This document shows positions 1 through 10,223 of a DNA stretch of 64,000 nucleotides, piece by piece. The DNA is taken from contig JBDRQD010000048.1 in the NCBI GenBank assembly GCA_043826455.1, positions 209,341-273,340 of the forward strand, in the 5' to 3' direction. The stretch's first letter is position 1, and every line of letters starts with the position of its first letter. This stretch comes from Candidatus Bathyarchaeota archaeon (GTDB lineage: Archaea; Thermoproteota; Bathyarchaeia; TCS64). The position numbers and the translations under genes were made by a program. Below the pieces are notes generated by a model. The model saw only the letters and a program-made list of their open reading frames with translations, was not told the origin of the DNA and did no database searches.

Positions 1-987
1 CACGTCCACGGGGGAGCCGGCGTCGACACCATGGACCCCGACCCGGAGGCCCTCAGCAGGCTCTCAACGTACCTGGCCACTGGGGGCGTCACAGGGTTCT
101 TGGCCACCACCCACACGGCCCCCAAGGAGGAGCTGATAACGGCCCTCTGCAGAGTCGAGGCGGCCCAGAGGATGGGCACGCCCGGGGCTGTCATCCTTGG
201 GGCCCACGTGGAGGGGCCCTTCATCAGCGAGGAGAAGAAGGGGGCCCAGGACGGCGGCCAGGTGAGACAGGCCACAGAGATGGAGCTGGACGCCCTCTAC
301 ACGGCGTCAGGGGGCACATTGAAGATCATGACTCTTTCCCCAGAGACAGGGGACGCTCTGAGGGCTGTGGAGTGGCTGGTGGAGAGGGGCGTCGTCGCAG
401 CGGCGGGCCACACGGACGCGTCCTACGAGGAGGCGCTGCGAGCCTTCGACCGCGGTATCACGCATTTAAGCCACTTCTATAATGGCATGAGAGGGCTTCA
501 TCATAGAGAACCCGGGGTAGTGGGAGCTGGTTTGACCGATGGCAGGGTCAACCTGGAGCTTGTGGCCGACGGAGTCCACGTCCACCCCGCCGCCCTTAGG
601 CTGGCCGTGTTAGCCAAGGGCCCCGCCAAGATAGCCCTGGTGAGCGACTCAGTGAAGCCCGGGGGACTCCCGGACGGCGAGTACAGCTTCGGTGGCAGAG
701 CGGTTCACGTGAAAGGCAGAAACATCACGCTGCGGGGCGGCGTCATCGCCGGCAGCGGGATAAGGCTCAACGACGCTATCGCCACCATGGTGGAGGAGGC
801 AGGCGTCGCCCTCACGGAGGCCGTGCAGATGGCTTCCAACACCCCCGCTAGGATACTCAAGCTGACGCCCCGCAAAGGCAGGCTGGAAGAAGGCGCAGAC
901 GCCGACATCACGGTAATAGACTGGAGGTACAGGGTCCTGAGGACCATCGTCGGCGGAGAGACAGTGTACGAGGCTGAGCAACAATGA
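1..987 (+). CDS. nagA: N-acetylglucosamine-6-phosphate deacetylase (5'-truncated by window edge)
   Basis: Frame open from base 1 (HVHG); motifs GAHVEGPFI, GHTDA, HFYNGM, DGVHVHP, LVSDS. Confidence 0.9.
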   Translation, partial: HVHGGAGVDTMDPDPEALSRLSTYLATGGVTGFLATTHTAPKEELITALCRVEAAQRMGTPGAVILGAHVEGPFISEEKKGAQDGGQVRQATEMELDALYTASGGTLKIMTLSPETGDALRAVEWLVERGVVAAAGHTDASYEEALRAFDRGITHLSHFYNGMRGLHHREPGVVGAGLTDGRVNLELVADGVHVHPAALRLAVLAKGPAKIALVSDSVKPGGLPDGEYSFGGRAVHVKGRNITLRGGVIAGSGIRLNDAIATMVEEAGVALTEAVQMASNTPARILKLTPRKGRLEEGADADITVIDWRYRVLRTIVGGETVYEAEQQ

Positions 988-2171
988 AGGATAGGCATGA
1001 TGTCCAGCTGCAACGAGCCAAAGCCTCAAGAAGAATCCTCGGCCTCATGTCAGGCACCTCAGCTGACGGCGTCACAACTGCCCTAACTGAGATAACGGGC
1101 ACCGGGGCCACCGCCAAGATCAGGCTCCTCGCCCACGGCACATACCCGTACCCCGAGGAGGTGAGCCGCCGCCTCTTCAACCTCTTCACCCCAGGCGCGT
1201 CCACCATCCGGGACGTGTGCGAGATGAACTTCGTCGTCGGCGAGTGCTTCGCGGACGCCGCCCTCAGGCTCCTGGATGACCACGGGCTGAGCCCAGAAGA
1301 AGTGGACCTGGTGGGCTCTCACGGCCAGACCGTGTGGCACCAGCCCCAGGCGAAGCCCGTCGCAGGCATCGACGCTGATTCGACCCTCCAGATAGGTGAG
1401 CCCGCCGTCATATCCATGCGCACCGGGCTGCCCGTGGTGGCCGACTTCAGGAAGGCGGACATGGCGGCCGGGGGCCAGGGCGCGCCTCTGACGCCGTACC
1501 TTGACTACGTCCTCCACAGGCACCCCTCAAAGAGCATCATACTCCAGAACATCGGGGGCATAGCGAACCTCACCTACATCCCGGCCTCCACCTCCCCAGG
1601 CGACGTGGTGGCCTTCGACACCGGGCCCGGGAACATGATCATAGACGCCGTGGCCCGCCGCTACACGGGCGCAAGCCACGACGTGGACGGCGGCCTGGCC
1701 AGAACCGGCACTGTCCACCGGGAGCTCCTTGCCGATCTGATGAGTCACCCCTACTACGGCAGGACTCCGCCCAAAACCACAGGCCGCGAGATGTTCGGCG
1801 AACAGTACGCCGCCGAGGTCATAAGGCGGGGAGAGTCTATGGGGCTGCCCCCAGGAGATATTGCCGCGACCGTCACGGCCTTAACCGTGGAGACCATCGC
1901 TGACGCCTACATGAGGCACCTGCCCAGTGCAGTGGACGAGGTCTACGTCTCAGGAGGCGGCTCGAAGAATCCGGCCCTAATGGATGAGCTGAGGAGCAGG
2001 CTCAGCACCCCCGTCCGCAACTACTCTGAGCTTGGGTTCCCAGGCGAGGCCAAGGAGTCGGTACTGGTGGCTCTCCTGGCCAACGAGTACATCATGGGCA
2101 CTCCATGCAACATGCCCTCTGCTACGGGTGCACGGCAGCGGGTCGTGTTGGGCTCCGCCACATGGGTTTAA
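984..2171 (+). CDS. anmK: Anhydro-N-acetylmuramic acid kinase
   Basis: GLMSGTSADG, GSHGQTVWH, DFRKADMAAGGQGAPL, NIGGIAN, FDTGPGN, PPKTTGRE; ATGA overlap with nagA. Confidence 0.93.
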   Translation: MKDRHDVQLQRAKASRRILGLMSGTSADGVTTALTEITGTGATAKIRLLAHGTYPYPEEVSRRLFNLFTPGASTIRDVCEMNFVVGECFADAALRLLDDHGLSPEEVDLVGSHGQTVWHQPQAKPVAGIDADSTLQIGEPAVISMRTGLPVVADFRKADMAAGGQGAPLTPYLDYVLHRHPSKSIILQNIGGIANLTYIPASTSPGDVVAFDTGPGNMIIDAVARRYTGASHDVDGGLARTGTVHRELLADLMSHPYYGRTPPKTTGREMFGEQYAAEVIRRGESMGLPPGDIAATVTALTVETIADAYMRHLPSAVDEVYVSGGGSKNPALMDELRSRLSTPVRNYSELGFPGEAKESVLVALLANEYIMGTPCNMPSATGARQRVVLGSATWV

Positions 2172-2236
2172 CCCAACAATTTACTTGGGTAAAGACATAT
2201 ATGGGTAAATGTGGTTTTGGTAAACTAGTGACCTGG

Positions 2237-2473
2237 TTGGCCGAGACCACTTACCACGAGAACAAGATATACGTCCCCGCAGAGGTACGAGAGAAGCTGG
2301 GCCTCAGACCCGGTGAGAAGCTCAACATCGTCATGCTGGATAAGCGGAGCTTCAAGGTGGAGCTTCAGAGAAGACTCCCCGAAGAGGAACTGGACGACGA
2401 ACTCATAAGCCCCTCCAAGGTAGGAGTGCCGGCTAAGCTCACCCGTAGGGAAATATACGATGATATATGTTGA
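2237..2473 (+). CDS. AbrB/MazE-family antitoxin
   Basis: KIYVPAEVREKLGLRPGEKL AbrB signature; overlaps the PIN gene; start approximate (TTG 2237 or GTG 2228). Confidence 0.8.
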   Translation: MAETTYHENKIYVPAEVREKLGLRPGEKLNIVMLDKRSFKVELQRRLPEEELDDELISPSKVGVPAKLTRREIYDDIC

Positions 2474-2963
2474 CCGCGCGCCCCTCCACGAGAGCCCCCA
2501 CGCGGCCAAGCGGTTACTCCTGGACACCATGATCCTGTGCTACGCCCACGACAGCCTGAGCCCCCACAACTGCAGAGCCAGCCTCATAGTCAGGGCCGCC
2601 ATCCACGGCCACATCAGAACCCAGCTGAGCTACCAGAACCTGTCAGAGTTCTACGCCGTCGTCACAGGCAGACGGGTGGTCAATCCCCTGACGCAGGACC
2701 ACGCCGCCCGGCTCTGCAGGCTCTACATGGGCTGCGCAGAGATCGGGCTCATATCGCCCACCAGGGAAACGTACGCCGAAGCCTTCGCGTCCCTAGGCGA
2801 AAGACGGGTCGCCGGAGGCGACGTGTTCGACCACATACTCGCCTACACTGCCAAGGACAGGGCCGACACCATCTGGACCGACAACACCAGGCACTTCCAG
2901 GGCTATCCCTTCCTCAACGCTGAGAACCCCCTCGACTGGGATTGGGAGGAGACTCCGAAGTAA
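2460..2963 (+). CDS. PIN-domain (VapC-like) toxin
   Basis: LLLDTMIL, QNLSEFY, VFDHILA, IWTDNTRHF acidic PIN motifs. Confidence 0.85.
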   Translation: MIYVDRAPLHESPHAAKRLLLDTMILCYAHDSLSPHNCRASLIVRAAIHGHIRTQLSYQNLSEFYAVVTGRRVVNPLTQDHAARLCRLYMGCAEIGLISPTRETYAEAFASLGERRVAGGDVFDHILAYTAKDRADTIWTDNTRHFQGYPFLNAENPLDWDWEETPK

Positions 2964-3099
2964 CAATAGCCCATAGCACCTTAAAACTAGTTAAAAGCAA
3001 TCCAAAAATAAATCGCGAAAGGTACGGTCACGGTACCGGACCCTCGTCAGCGCTCGTACACGTTAAATTGCCTCAGCAGCCATAAAATACGGAAGCAGA

Positions 3100-4290
3100 A
3101 TGAGTAAAACAGCCCTATCGAAGGCTCTCAAGAGGATCGACGAGAACCGGATCATCGAGCTCGCCAAGGAGCTCATAGGAGTCCCCAGCGTCACGGGCCA
3201 GGAGAAGGCCGTCATGCACCGCGCCAAGGGCCTCCTGGAGGACGCCGGGGTCCCCGTCACCTTCCACGGCGGCGAGGACAGGCCCATCATCGAGGCCGTC
3301 CTCAACCCCGGCGCCGAGAGGCAGCTGATATTCAACGGCCACCTGGACGTGGTGCCCATAGCCAGGCCCGACGCATGGACCAGGAAGCCCTGGGACCCCG
3401 TCCTGGAGGACGGCAGGCTCTACGGCAGGGGCGCCAGCGACATGAAGAGCAGCTGCGCAGTGATGATACACCTTATGGAGCTCCTCAGAGACGCTGACCT
3501 GCCCCTCAGCGTCGGTGTCCACCTGGTGCCCGACGAGGAGAAGGGCGCACAGTACGGCTCCAAGGTGCTAGTGGACAAGATAGTGGCGGGGGAGATGAGG
3601 CGCCCAGACTATGTGGTCATCGGTGAGCAGAGCAACCTGAAGGTGAGGGTCGCTGAGCGCGGCATGTTCGGGTTCCAGGTCAAGTTTCTCGGGCGGGCGG
3701 CTCACACGGCGGCCTGCAGGACCAACGGGGTGAACGCCATAGCCAAGGCCTCCAAGGGGGTCCTGGCCCTGGAGCACCACATAGACAAGTTCCACCCCTG
3801 GATAGGCCACCCCATGCAGAGCGTCAACATCATCCAGGGTGGGACAGTCACCAACCAGGTGCCCGCCGAGTGCACCATCACCGTGGACCGGCGCCTCGTC
3901 ATCGGGGAGACCGCCGACGACGTAGTGGAATCGGTCAAGGCCGACCTGGACAAGGCTGGAGAGGGGGACCTCGACTGGAGCTGGGAGATGGTAGCCCCCA
4001 AGGACGATAAAGGAGAATGGGTTTACACCCCCGCCAACTTCACTCCACCGGACACGCCCCTGGGAGAAGCCTTCATGAAGGCGGTGCCCGCCGCCCTGGG
4101 CACGGAGCCGGAGCTCTACGTGGAGTGGGCCGGCAGCACCGACGGCCGCCTCTACAGGCAGGCCGGCATCCACACCATAGGCTTCGGGCCCGTAGGGTTC
4201 GGAGCCCACGGCCCCGACGAGTTCGTCATCGTGGACAGCCTCATGAAGCAGGCCAGGGTCTACGTGGCCCTGGTCCATGGGCTCGGCTAG
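3100..4290 (+). CDS. M20 family metallopeptidase/deacylase (ArgE/DapE-like)
   Basis: FNGHLDVVP, LYGRGASDMK, DEE, GE, AHGPDE. Confidence 0.9.
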   Translation: MSKTALSKALKRIDENRIIELAKELIGVPSVTGQEKAVMHRAKGLLEDAGVPVTFHGGEDRPIIEAVLNPGAERQLIFNGHLDVVPIARPDAWTRKPWDPVLEDGRLYGRGASDMKSSCAVMIHLMELLRDADLPLSVGVHLVPDEEKGAQYGSKVLVDKIVAGEMRRPDYVVIGEQSNLKVRVAERGMFGFQVKFLGRAAHTAACRTNGVNAIAKASKGVLALEHHIDKFHPWIGHPMQSVNIIQGGTVTNQVPAECTITVDRRLVIGETADDVVESVKADLDKAGEGDLDWSWEMVAPKDDKGEWVYTPANFTPPDTPLGEAFMKAVPAALGTEPELYVEWAGSTDGRLYRQAGIHTIGFGPVGFGAHGPDEFVIVDSLMKQARVYVALVHGLG

Positions 4291-5906
4291 CCGCCGTTCT
4301 TTATCCGGACGATCTCGTCCACTAGGTTCATTGCTAGCTGGTAGTTGTCCCCGACCCTTATCCACGGGTCCATGAGCCAGGTGATGTCCCCGAAGGCCAC
4401 CACCGTTGTGTTTCCCTTATCCAGCAGCGCCACCGGCCCGTATACGTCCATCAGCTCAGAGACGCTGTTGTAGGTGCCCCAGCTGGCGTAGGCTGTGTCA
4501 CTGTCCGTGGCGCTTAGGTGGGTCGAGGTGAAAAACACGAGCTGGGTAAGCTCCTCTGTGAGCCAGTTGGCCTCGAACTGGGTGACCTTGATGTTCCTGT
4601 AGAAGCCGTGGTAGTCCAGCATGTTGTACAGGTAGCCTTTGCCAAAGTGGAGTCCCCAGTGGTTCGCCAAGCTGTTTATCGGTCCCTGCATCTGGCTGGT
4701 GCTGAGGAACTCGGTGCTGGCGTCACTGAACAGCACCAGCATGTTTCCCCTCTGGACGAACCTCTGGATGGCCTCGTACTGCTCGTAGCTGTAAGCCTGG
4801 GTGGGGGCAACCACTATGAGGCAGGAGGCGTGATCCAGGGCCTTCTCGACGGTCTCCCACGTGTAGCCGTATCCCAGGAAGACGCCGCGCTTGGCCAGCT
4901 CAGCGGCCAGGGCGTCCATGACGTAGGGGCTCACCCTGTTGCCGTGGCTCACGTCCACCACCACCTGGCCTACCTGCACCTCTGTCACGTTGCTCTCCTC
5001 TATGGTGATGGACGCCTCGTCTCCGTTCTGCATGTATATCTGGTTAGGCATGTACAGGTAGTAGAGGGCCGGGGGCGGGTTAGCCTCGTTGAGCTGGCTG
5101 ACGGTGGGGTACCCCGAGGTCAGGGCGCCGCCGCCCTGGTTCACCCTCTCCACTAGGTCCACCACCTTGTAGCTGTCCAGCTCCGCCTGCCCGGCAGCGT
5201 AGTCTAGGGCGGCCTGCCGGCCCCCTATCTGGTCCGCGACGCCCAAGTTGACGGCCTCCGTCCCCAGCCACACCGAGCCTCTCTTCATCTCCATGAGGCT
5301 CAGGGTGAGCCTGGAGCCTCTGCCCAGCTGCACCGCCGAGGCGAAGCTGTCCAATGCCTTGGTAATGTTGAAGGGGAAGAGGGCGGGGCTGAACCCGGTG
5401 ACCTTCTGGGGCCCCGTCTCGAAGGTGAACTCGCTGGGCACCATGAATCCTGGGCCCACGCCGATGACCCCCACGTTGCCCACCATGGCCGTGGGCAGGG
5501 TGAATATCTGGTCCGCGGCCACGGCTATGTAGTAGCCGCCCGAGAGGGCCGTGGAGGCCGAGGCCACCAGGGGCTTGGACTTCTTCAGCTCCAGGAGGTC
5601 AAAGTACACCTGCTCCACAAGGTATGCGGAGCCGCCGGGGGAGTCGATCTCCAGCACAACCGCCTTGATGTCGTCGTCGTTCACCGCCTCCCGTATGGCG
5701 TCCAGCAGCAGCCCTGCCTGGCCTGCCTCCTCGATGACGCCCTCGACGGCTATCACCCCCACGGTGCCCCTCCTGACACCGGTCCCAGGTATGCCGTCGT
5801 TAGGCTCCCAGAAGTAGATGAATGCCATGCCTACGATCATTATGATGGAGAACGCGGCCAGCGCCATCGTCCCACGGTTACCCTTAATCTTCTCCAAATA
5901 CCCCAA
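4287..5906 (-). CDS. S49 (SppA-like) signal peptide peptidase with C-terminal GATase/DUF4350-like domain
   Basis: N-terminal TM; IDSPGGS, ALSGGYYIA, VGNVGVI; C-terminal VVVDVSHGN domain. Confidence 0.8.
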   Translation of the reverse strand: MGYLEKIKGNRGTMALAAFSIIMIVGMAFIYFWEPNDGIPGTGVRRGTVGVIAVEGVIEEAGQAGLLLDAIREAVNDDDIKAVVLEIDSPGGSAYLVEQVYFDLLELKKSKPLVASASTALSGGYYIAVAADQIFTLPTAMVGNVGVIGVGPGFMVPSEFTFETGPQKVTGFSPALFPFNITKALDSFASAVQLGRGSRLTLSLMEMKRGSVWLGTEAVNLGVADQIGGRQAALDYAAGQAELDSYKVVDLVERVNQGGGALTSGYPTVSQLNEANPPPALYYLYMPNQIYMQNGDEASITIEESNVTEVQVGQVVVDVSHGNRVSPYVMDALAAELAKRGVFLGYGYTWETVEKALDHASCLIVVAPTQAYSYEQYEAIQRFVQRGNMLVLFSDASTEFLSTSQMQGPINSLANHWGLHFGKGYLYNMLDYHGFYRNIKVTQFEANWLTEELTQLVFFTSTHLSATDSDTAYASWGTYNSVSELMDVYGPVALLDKGNTTVVAFGDITWLMDPWIRVGDNYQLAMNLVDEIVRIKNGG

Positions 5907-6008
5907 CCTCAGTTACCCCATAGGATTCCCGGACACGTTTAAAGATGTTCACACCCAGGCAAGACTTTAACAGCCCCGGACCCATATGTCCCGTGTTCTG
6001 GTGTCGAA

Positions 6009-6896
6009 ATGACTCAAACCGTTTTACCCGGCGTCCCCGAGGCCTTCAGCCTCTTCGGCAGGCCCCTATGTACTGCCCCGCTGCTTCCGGAGGCCCTGGA
6101 GCAGCAGAGGCCGCTCTACGAGAAGGCCCTTGAGGACTGGAGGGAATGCCCAGAGGACCCCGACAGGATCATATGGCTGGGCAGACGAACCGCTTACCTG
6201 GGAAGGTACAGGGAGGCCCTAGCCATATTCAGCATGGGTCTGGAGAAGCACCCCGGCTACGCCAAGCTGTACAGGCACAGGGGCCACAGGTTCATAACGT
6301 TGAGGCTCTTCGGCAACGCCGTCGACGACTTCGAGAAGGCCGCGGAGCTCATGGTCTCGGCGCCGGACGAGGTGGAGCCCGACGGCCTCCCCAACCCCAG
6401 GGGCACGCCCACCAGCACCCTGTACTTCAACGTCTGGTACCACCTCGGCCTCTCCTATTACCTGGTAGGCGACCTGCGGAGGGCCCTCAAGGCCTACAGG
6501 ATGTGCATGAAGGTCTCGGAGATGGACGAGAAGTACGTGGCCACGGCCCACTGGACCTACATGACCCTACGACGGCTGGGCAGAGAGAAGGAGGCGGAGA
6601 GGCTCCTGGGCCGCGTGGAGCCCGGCATGGACGTGGTGGAGAACACCCACTACCACGGCTGCCTCCTCATGTACAAGGGGCTGCGGAGCCCCGAGGAGCT
6701 CATGAAGGAGGCTAGGGATCAGGGCGCCCTGGGCTTGGTGACCACGGGGTACGGGGTCGCCAACTGGTACAGCTACAACGGCGACAAGGAGAAGGCCGTG
6801 GGCATCCTGCGGGAGATACTGGCCCTGGAGGGGTGGGCGGGCTTCGGATACATCGCGGCTGAGGCTGACCTGAAGCGCATGGGCTTGAAGCCCTGA
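6009..6896 (+). CDS. TPR-repeat protein
   Basis: Repeated helical TPR-like units (YLGRYREAL, YHLGLSYYLVGD). Confidence 0.7.
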   Translation: MTQTVLPGVPEAFSLFGRPLCTAPLLPEALEQQRPLYEKALEDWRECPEDPDRIIWLGRRTAYLGRYREALAIFSMGLEKHPGYAKLYRHRGHRFITLRLFGNAVDDFEKAAELMVSAPDEVEPDGLPNPRGTPTSTLYFNVWYHLGLSYYLVGDLRRALKAYRMCMKVSEMDEKYVATAHWTYMTLRRLGREKEAERLLGRVEPGMDVVENTHYHGCLLMYKGLRSPEELMKEARDQGALGLVTTGYGVANWYSYNGDKEKAVGILREILALEGWAGFGYIAAEADLKRMGLKP

Positions 6897-7037
6897 TCAA
6901 TTATTTTCCACCTGGGCCCTCCGAGGCGTCGGCCATCACATCAGTGATGGCCTTGAAACAGGTGGCCAACCATGTCCCTAATCTAGGCCTCGGCTTCAGA
7001 GATGTTGATTATATGGATTTAGGTATAGGCACGGGCT

Positions 7038-8204
7038 CTACCTTCTGTTGAACACTGTGAGGCCTATGAAGGCTGCCGCAGCCAGGGCCCCGCTGTACAG
7101 GCTGGAGACCCATAGGCCCTGGGTCTGCCACAGGGCGCCCACAACGGAGTTGGCCACCAGGAAAGCTGTCCCCACCACCAGGTAGTAGAGGCCGTAGGCG
7201 GTGCCCCTGAGCCCGGCCTCCACGTAGCCCGGGACCAGGGCCCGCTGAACCGTCTCCACCACACCGACGTAGGCACCGAAGACCGCCGCCGCCACGTAGG
7301 CCGAGACTACAAGCCTGGGGCTTAGAGCCAGCAGCGCGACTGAAGCCAGGAACACTAGGTAGCCGTAAGATAGAACCTTCTCCTTGCCCACCCTGTCCGC
7401 CAGCCTACCAGCCGGGATGGCCACTAGGGTGTGGGCGACGTTCACCACCGCGTACACCACCGGGATGAGGGCGTCCCCCACCCCCATCTCCTTGGCGTTA
7501 AGCAGAATGAAGCTGAAGTTGAAGGCCCCTAGGCTGAACATGGCGACTATGCCTAGCAGCACCAGGAACCTGCCCCTGGCCACCTCCCTCAGCCCCTGAA
7601 GGAACCTGAACTCCCTGAGCTCATCGCCCACGATCTCCTTGACGCCGAAGAGGATTATTACCAGGGCTATTGTGCCCGGAACCAGTGAGAGCCAGAAGAC
7701 CTCCCGGACGGTCCAGCCCAGGAACACCATCACGGCGGTCGCCACCAGCGGCCCCACTATGGCTCCCGTCTGGTCCAGGGTCCTGTGGAGGCCGAAGGCC
7801 TCCCCTCTCCTGCCCGCCGGCACCGAGTCGCTTATCAGGGCGTCCCGGGGCGCTGTCCTTATGCCCTTACCCACCCTGTCCGCGACCCTGATGATGAGGG
7901 CGTCCGTCACCGTGGAGGCGGCGGCGAAGAAGGGCTTCACCACGTTGGACAGGGCATAGCCCAAGATGATGAAGGGCTTCCTGCGCCTGAACTTGTCGCT
8001 GAAGACACCTGAGACGGCCCTGAGCATGTAGCTGAGGGCCTCCGCCACCCCCTCGATGAATCCTAGGGTGGCCACGCTTCCTCCGGGCAGCCCCAGAATG
8101 AAGACAGGTAGGATGCTGAACACCATCTCGCTGGACACGTCGGTGAAGAAGCTGACGAAGCCCAGCATGTACACGTTCCTGATGTCCTCGTTTCCTTCTC
8201 CCAT
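7038..8204 (-). CDS. MFS transporter
   Basis: About 12 hydrophobic segments; SFFTDVSSEM, DRVGKGIRTAPRDALI, GRLADRVG. Confidence 0.9.
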   Translation of the reverse strand: MGEGNEDIRNVYMLGFVSFFTDVSSEMVFSILPVFILGLPGGSVATLGFIEGVAEALSYMLRAVSGVFSDKFRRRKPFIILGYALSNVVKPFFAAASTVTDALIIRVADRVGKGIRTAPRDALISDSVPAGRRGEAFGLHRTLDQTGAIVGPLVATAVMVFLGWTVREVFWLSLVPGTIALVIILFGVKEIVGDELREFRFLQGLREVARGRFLVLLGIVAMFSLGAFNFSFILLNAKEMGVGDALIPVVYAVVNVAHTLVAIPAGRLADRVGKEKVLSYGYLVFLASVALLALSPRLVVSAYVAAAVFGAYVGVVETVQRALVPGYVEAGLRGTAYGLYYLVVGTAFLVANSVVGALWQTQGLWVSSLYSGALAAAAFIGLTVFNRR

Positions 8205-8318
8205 AGCCTCATGTTGGGTGGCAGCCGAGATAATAGTGTATCTTGTTCAAGTCGTGGCCGTCCCAGATTCGTCAACGTAAAATCTGTGAAGCCCCACCAC
8301 AGGTATCAGGTGACCACG

Positions 8319-8510
8319 TTGAGCGGTGATGGGGAGAAAGAGTACATCCGCATGGTGGCGGAGACGGCTAGAACCATGTGGGGCGAGGAGACGGTGAAAC
8401 AGTTCATGGACCACATCGAGAGGACGGCCAAGGCGGTCTACGAGGTGGGCAGCTACCCTCTGGAGGCCTCAGCCGAGCCGGTGACCAAGATGAGGCCGGA
8501 GGCAGCGTGA
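8319..8510 (+). CDS. Small protein translationally coupled to the amidase (possible GatC/AtzG-like partner)
   Basis: GGTGA SD then TTG; host-like codon usage; stop overlaps the amidase ATG (TGATG). Confidence 0.55.
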   Translation: MSGDGEKEYIRMVAETARTMWGEETVKQFMDHIERTAKAVYEVGSYPLEASAEPVTKMRPEAA

Positions 8511-9826
8511 TGGAGGCCTACACGCTGTCCCTTGCCGAAGCCGCCCGGCTCATGAGGAACGGAATGCTGACCCCCACACGCCTCGCCGAGTCCCTCCTAG
8601 ATAGGATCGATGAGCTTGAGCCCGTGGTGGAGGCCTGGGTCACCGTGGACAGGGAGAAGGTCATGGAGGAGGCCGAGGAGGCCACCAAGGAGATCACCGA
8701 CGGAGTTTTCAGGAGCCCCCTCCACGGCATCCCCGTGGGTGTGAAGGACATCTACTACACGGAGGGCACCCTCACCACCATGGGGTCACCGCTGTTCGCG
8801 GGGTTCGTCCCGGACCGCGACGCCGACATAGTGAAGGCCCTCAAGAGGGCGGGGGCCATCATTCTGGGCAAGACGGAGACCACCGAGTTCGCTTTACACG
8901 ACCCCGCCCCGACGAGGAACCCCTGGAACACGGGGCACACCCCCGGGGGAAGCAGCAGCGGCTCAGCGGCCGCCGTCTCCTGCGGCATGGCGCCCCTGGC
9001 CTTCGGGAGCCAGACGGGGGGCAGCGTTGTACGCCCCGCCAGCTACTGCGGCACCGTGGGGTACAAGTGCACCTATGACCTCCTCAGCAGGGGAGGCGTC
9101 TACCCCCTCAGCTGGAGCCTGGACCACATAGGCTTCATGACCCGGACCGTGGAGGACGCCTTGATCACCCTGAGGACCCTACGCCCCGACCTCTCCGACG
9201 GGCCCCAGACGGGCAAGCCGCCGAGGCTGGGCCTCCTGAGCGGCTACTTCAAGGAGAACGCGTCCGAGGAGGTTTGGCCTGGCTTCGAGAGAGCCGTGGG
9301 CAAGCTCTGGGGCGAGGGAGCCCAGGTTGTGGACGTGAAGCTGCCTGAGAGCTTCAGGATGGTGCCCAGCGTCCACAGGGTCATCATGGCGGTGGAGACG
9401 GCGGCGGCCCACGAGGACATGTTCAGGGAGAGGGCCGACGAGTACCGGGAGTACCTGAGGGGCTTCATATCCAGCGGCCTCCTGGTCCCAGCCACCGCCT
9501 ACCTGCGGGCCCAACGGATCAGGGGTCAGATCATCAGCGACGTGGTCAAGCTGCTGGAGGGCTACGACTGCCTCATATGTCCCTCCACCGTGGACACGGC
9601 CCCTCGGGGGCTACAGTGGACCGGAAGTCCGGCCTTCAACTCCCCCTGGAGCCTCACGGGGCTGCCCACGGTCACGGTGCCCTCAGGCCTGAGCGGAGAG
9701 GGGCTGCCTCTGGGCCTCCAGCTTGTAGGCCGGCCCTACGATGACATCGGCCTCTTCAGGGTGGCGGCCTGGTGCGAGAAGACCCTGGAGTTCCCCACGG
9801 GCCCAAAGGACCCTCACACACCTTAA
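8510..9826 (+). CDS. Amidase signature family protein (GatA-like)
   Basis: LHGIPVGVKD, GKTETTEFA, TPGGSSSGSAAAV, GSQTGGSVVRPASYCG. Confidence 0.9.
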   Translation: MEAYTLSLAEAARLMRNGMLTPTRLAESLLDRIDELEPVVEAWVTVDREKVMEEAEEATKEITDGVFRSPLHGIPVGVKDIYYTEGTLTTMGSPLFAGFVPDRDADIVKALKRAGAIILGKTETTEFALHDPAPTRNPWNTGHTPGGSSSGSAAAVSCGMAPLAFGSQTGGSVVRPASYCGTVGYKCTYDLLSRGGVYPLSWSLDHIGFMTRTVEDALITLRTLRPDLSDGPQTGKPPRLGLLSGYFKENASEEVWPGFERAVGKLWGEGAQVVDVKLPESFRMVPSVHRVIMAVETAAAHEDMFRERADEYREYLRGFISSGLLVPATAYLRAQRIRGQIISDVVKLLEGYDCLICPSTVDTAPRGLQWTGSPAFNSPWSLTGLPTVTVPSGLSGEGLPLGLQLVGRPYDDIGLFRVAAWCEKTLEFPTGPKDPHTP

Positions 9827-9857
9827 TCATATATTTATAGCCACGTTTCTTCATGGT

Positions 9858-10223
9858 ATGAGCGGCAAGCTTCTCTTCGTGTTCCAGACCGGTCCCGAGA
9901 ACATGTACAATGTGCTCTGGGGCCTCCGCATGGCCAAGAATACTTGGATTCATCCATACGGGGATGAGCGCCTTGAATCCGTCAAGGTCCTGCTGTTTGG
10001 GAGAGGCGTCAGCCTCCTTAACCCCAAGCTACCTGAGACCCCGGAGTACGAGGAGAGCATCCTCGAAATCGTGGACGCGGGCGTTGAGGTATCTGCCTGC
10101 ATATCCATTGCTGAGCCTCAGGGGCTGGTGGGTGAAGCTGAAAACCTTGGAGTAAGGCTGGTGCATGCGTCTCAGTACTTGATCGATAGGGTGAACGAGG
10201 GATACACAATCATGAATTTTTAG
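9858..10223 (+). CDS. DsrE-family protein
   Basis: VKVLLFGRGV, GVEVSACIS; TATA-like atttata upstream. Confidence 0.7.
   Translation: MSGKLLFVFQTGPENMYNVLWGLRMAKNTWIHPYGDERLESVKVLLFGRGVSLLNPKLPETPEYEESILEIVDAGVEVSACISIAEPQGLVGEAENLGVRLVHASQYLIDRVNEGYTIMNF

Noticed and set aside
2237..2963. AbrB-PIN pair as a novel system
   Set aside because: Ordinary VapBC-type toxin-antitoxin module.
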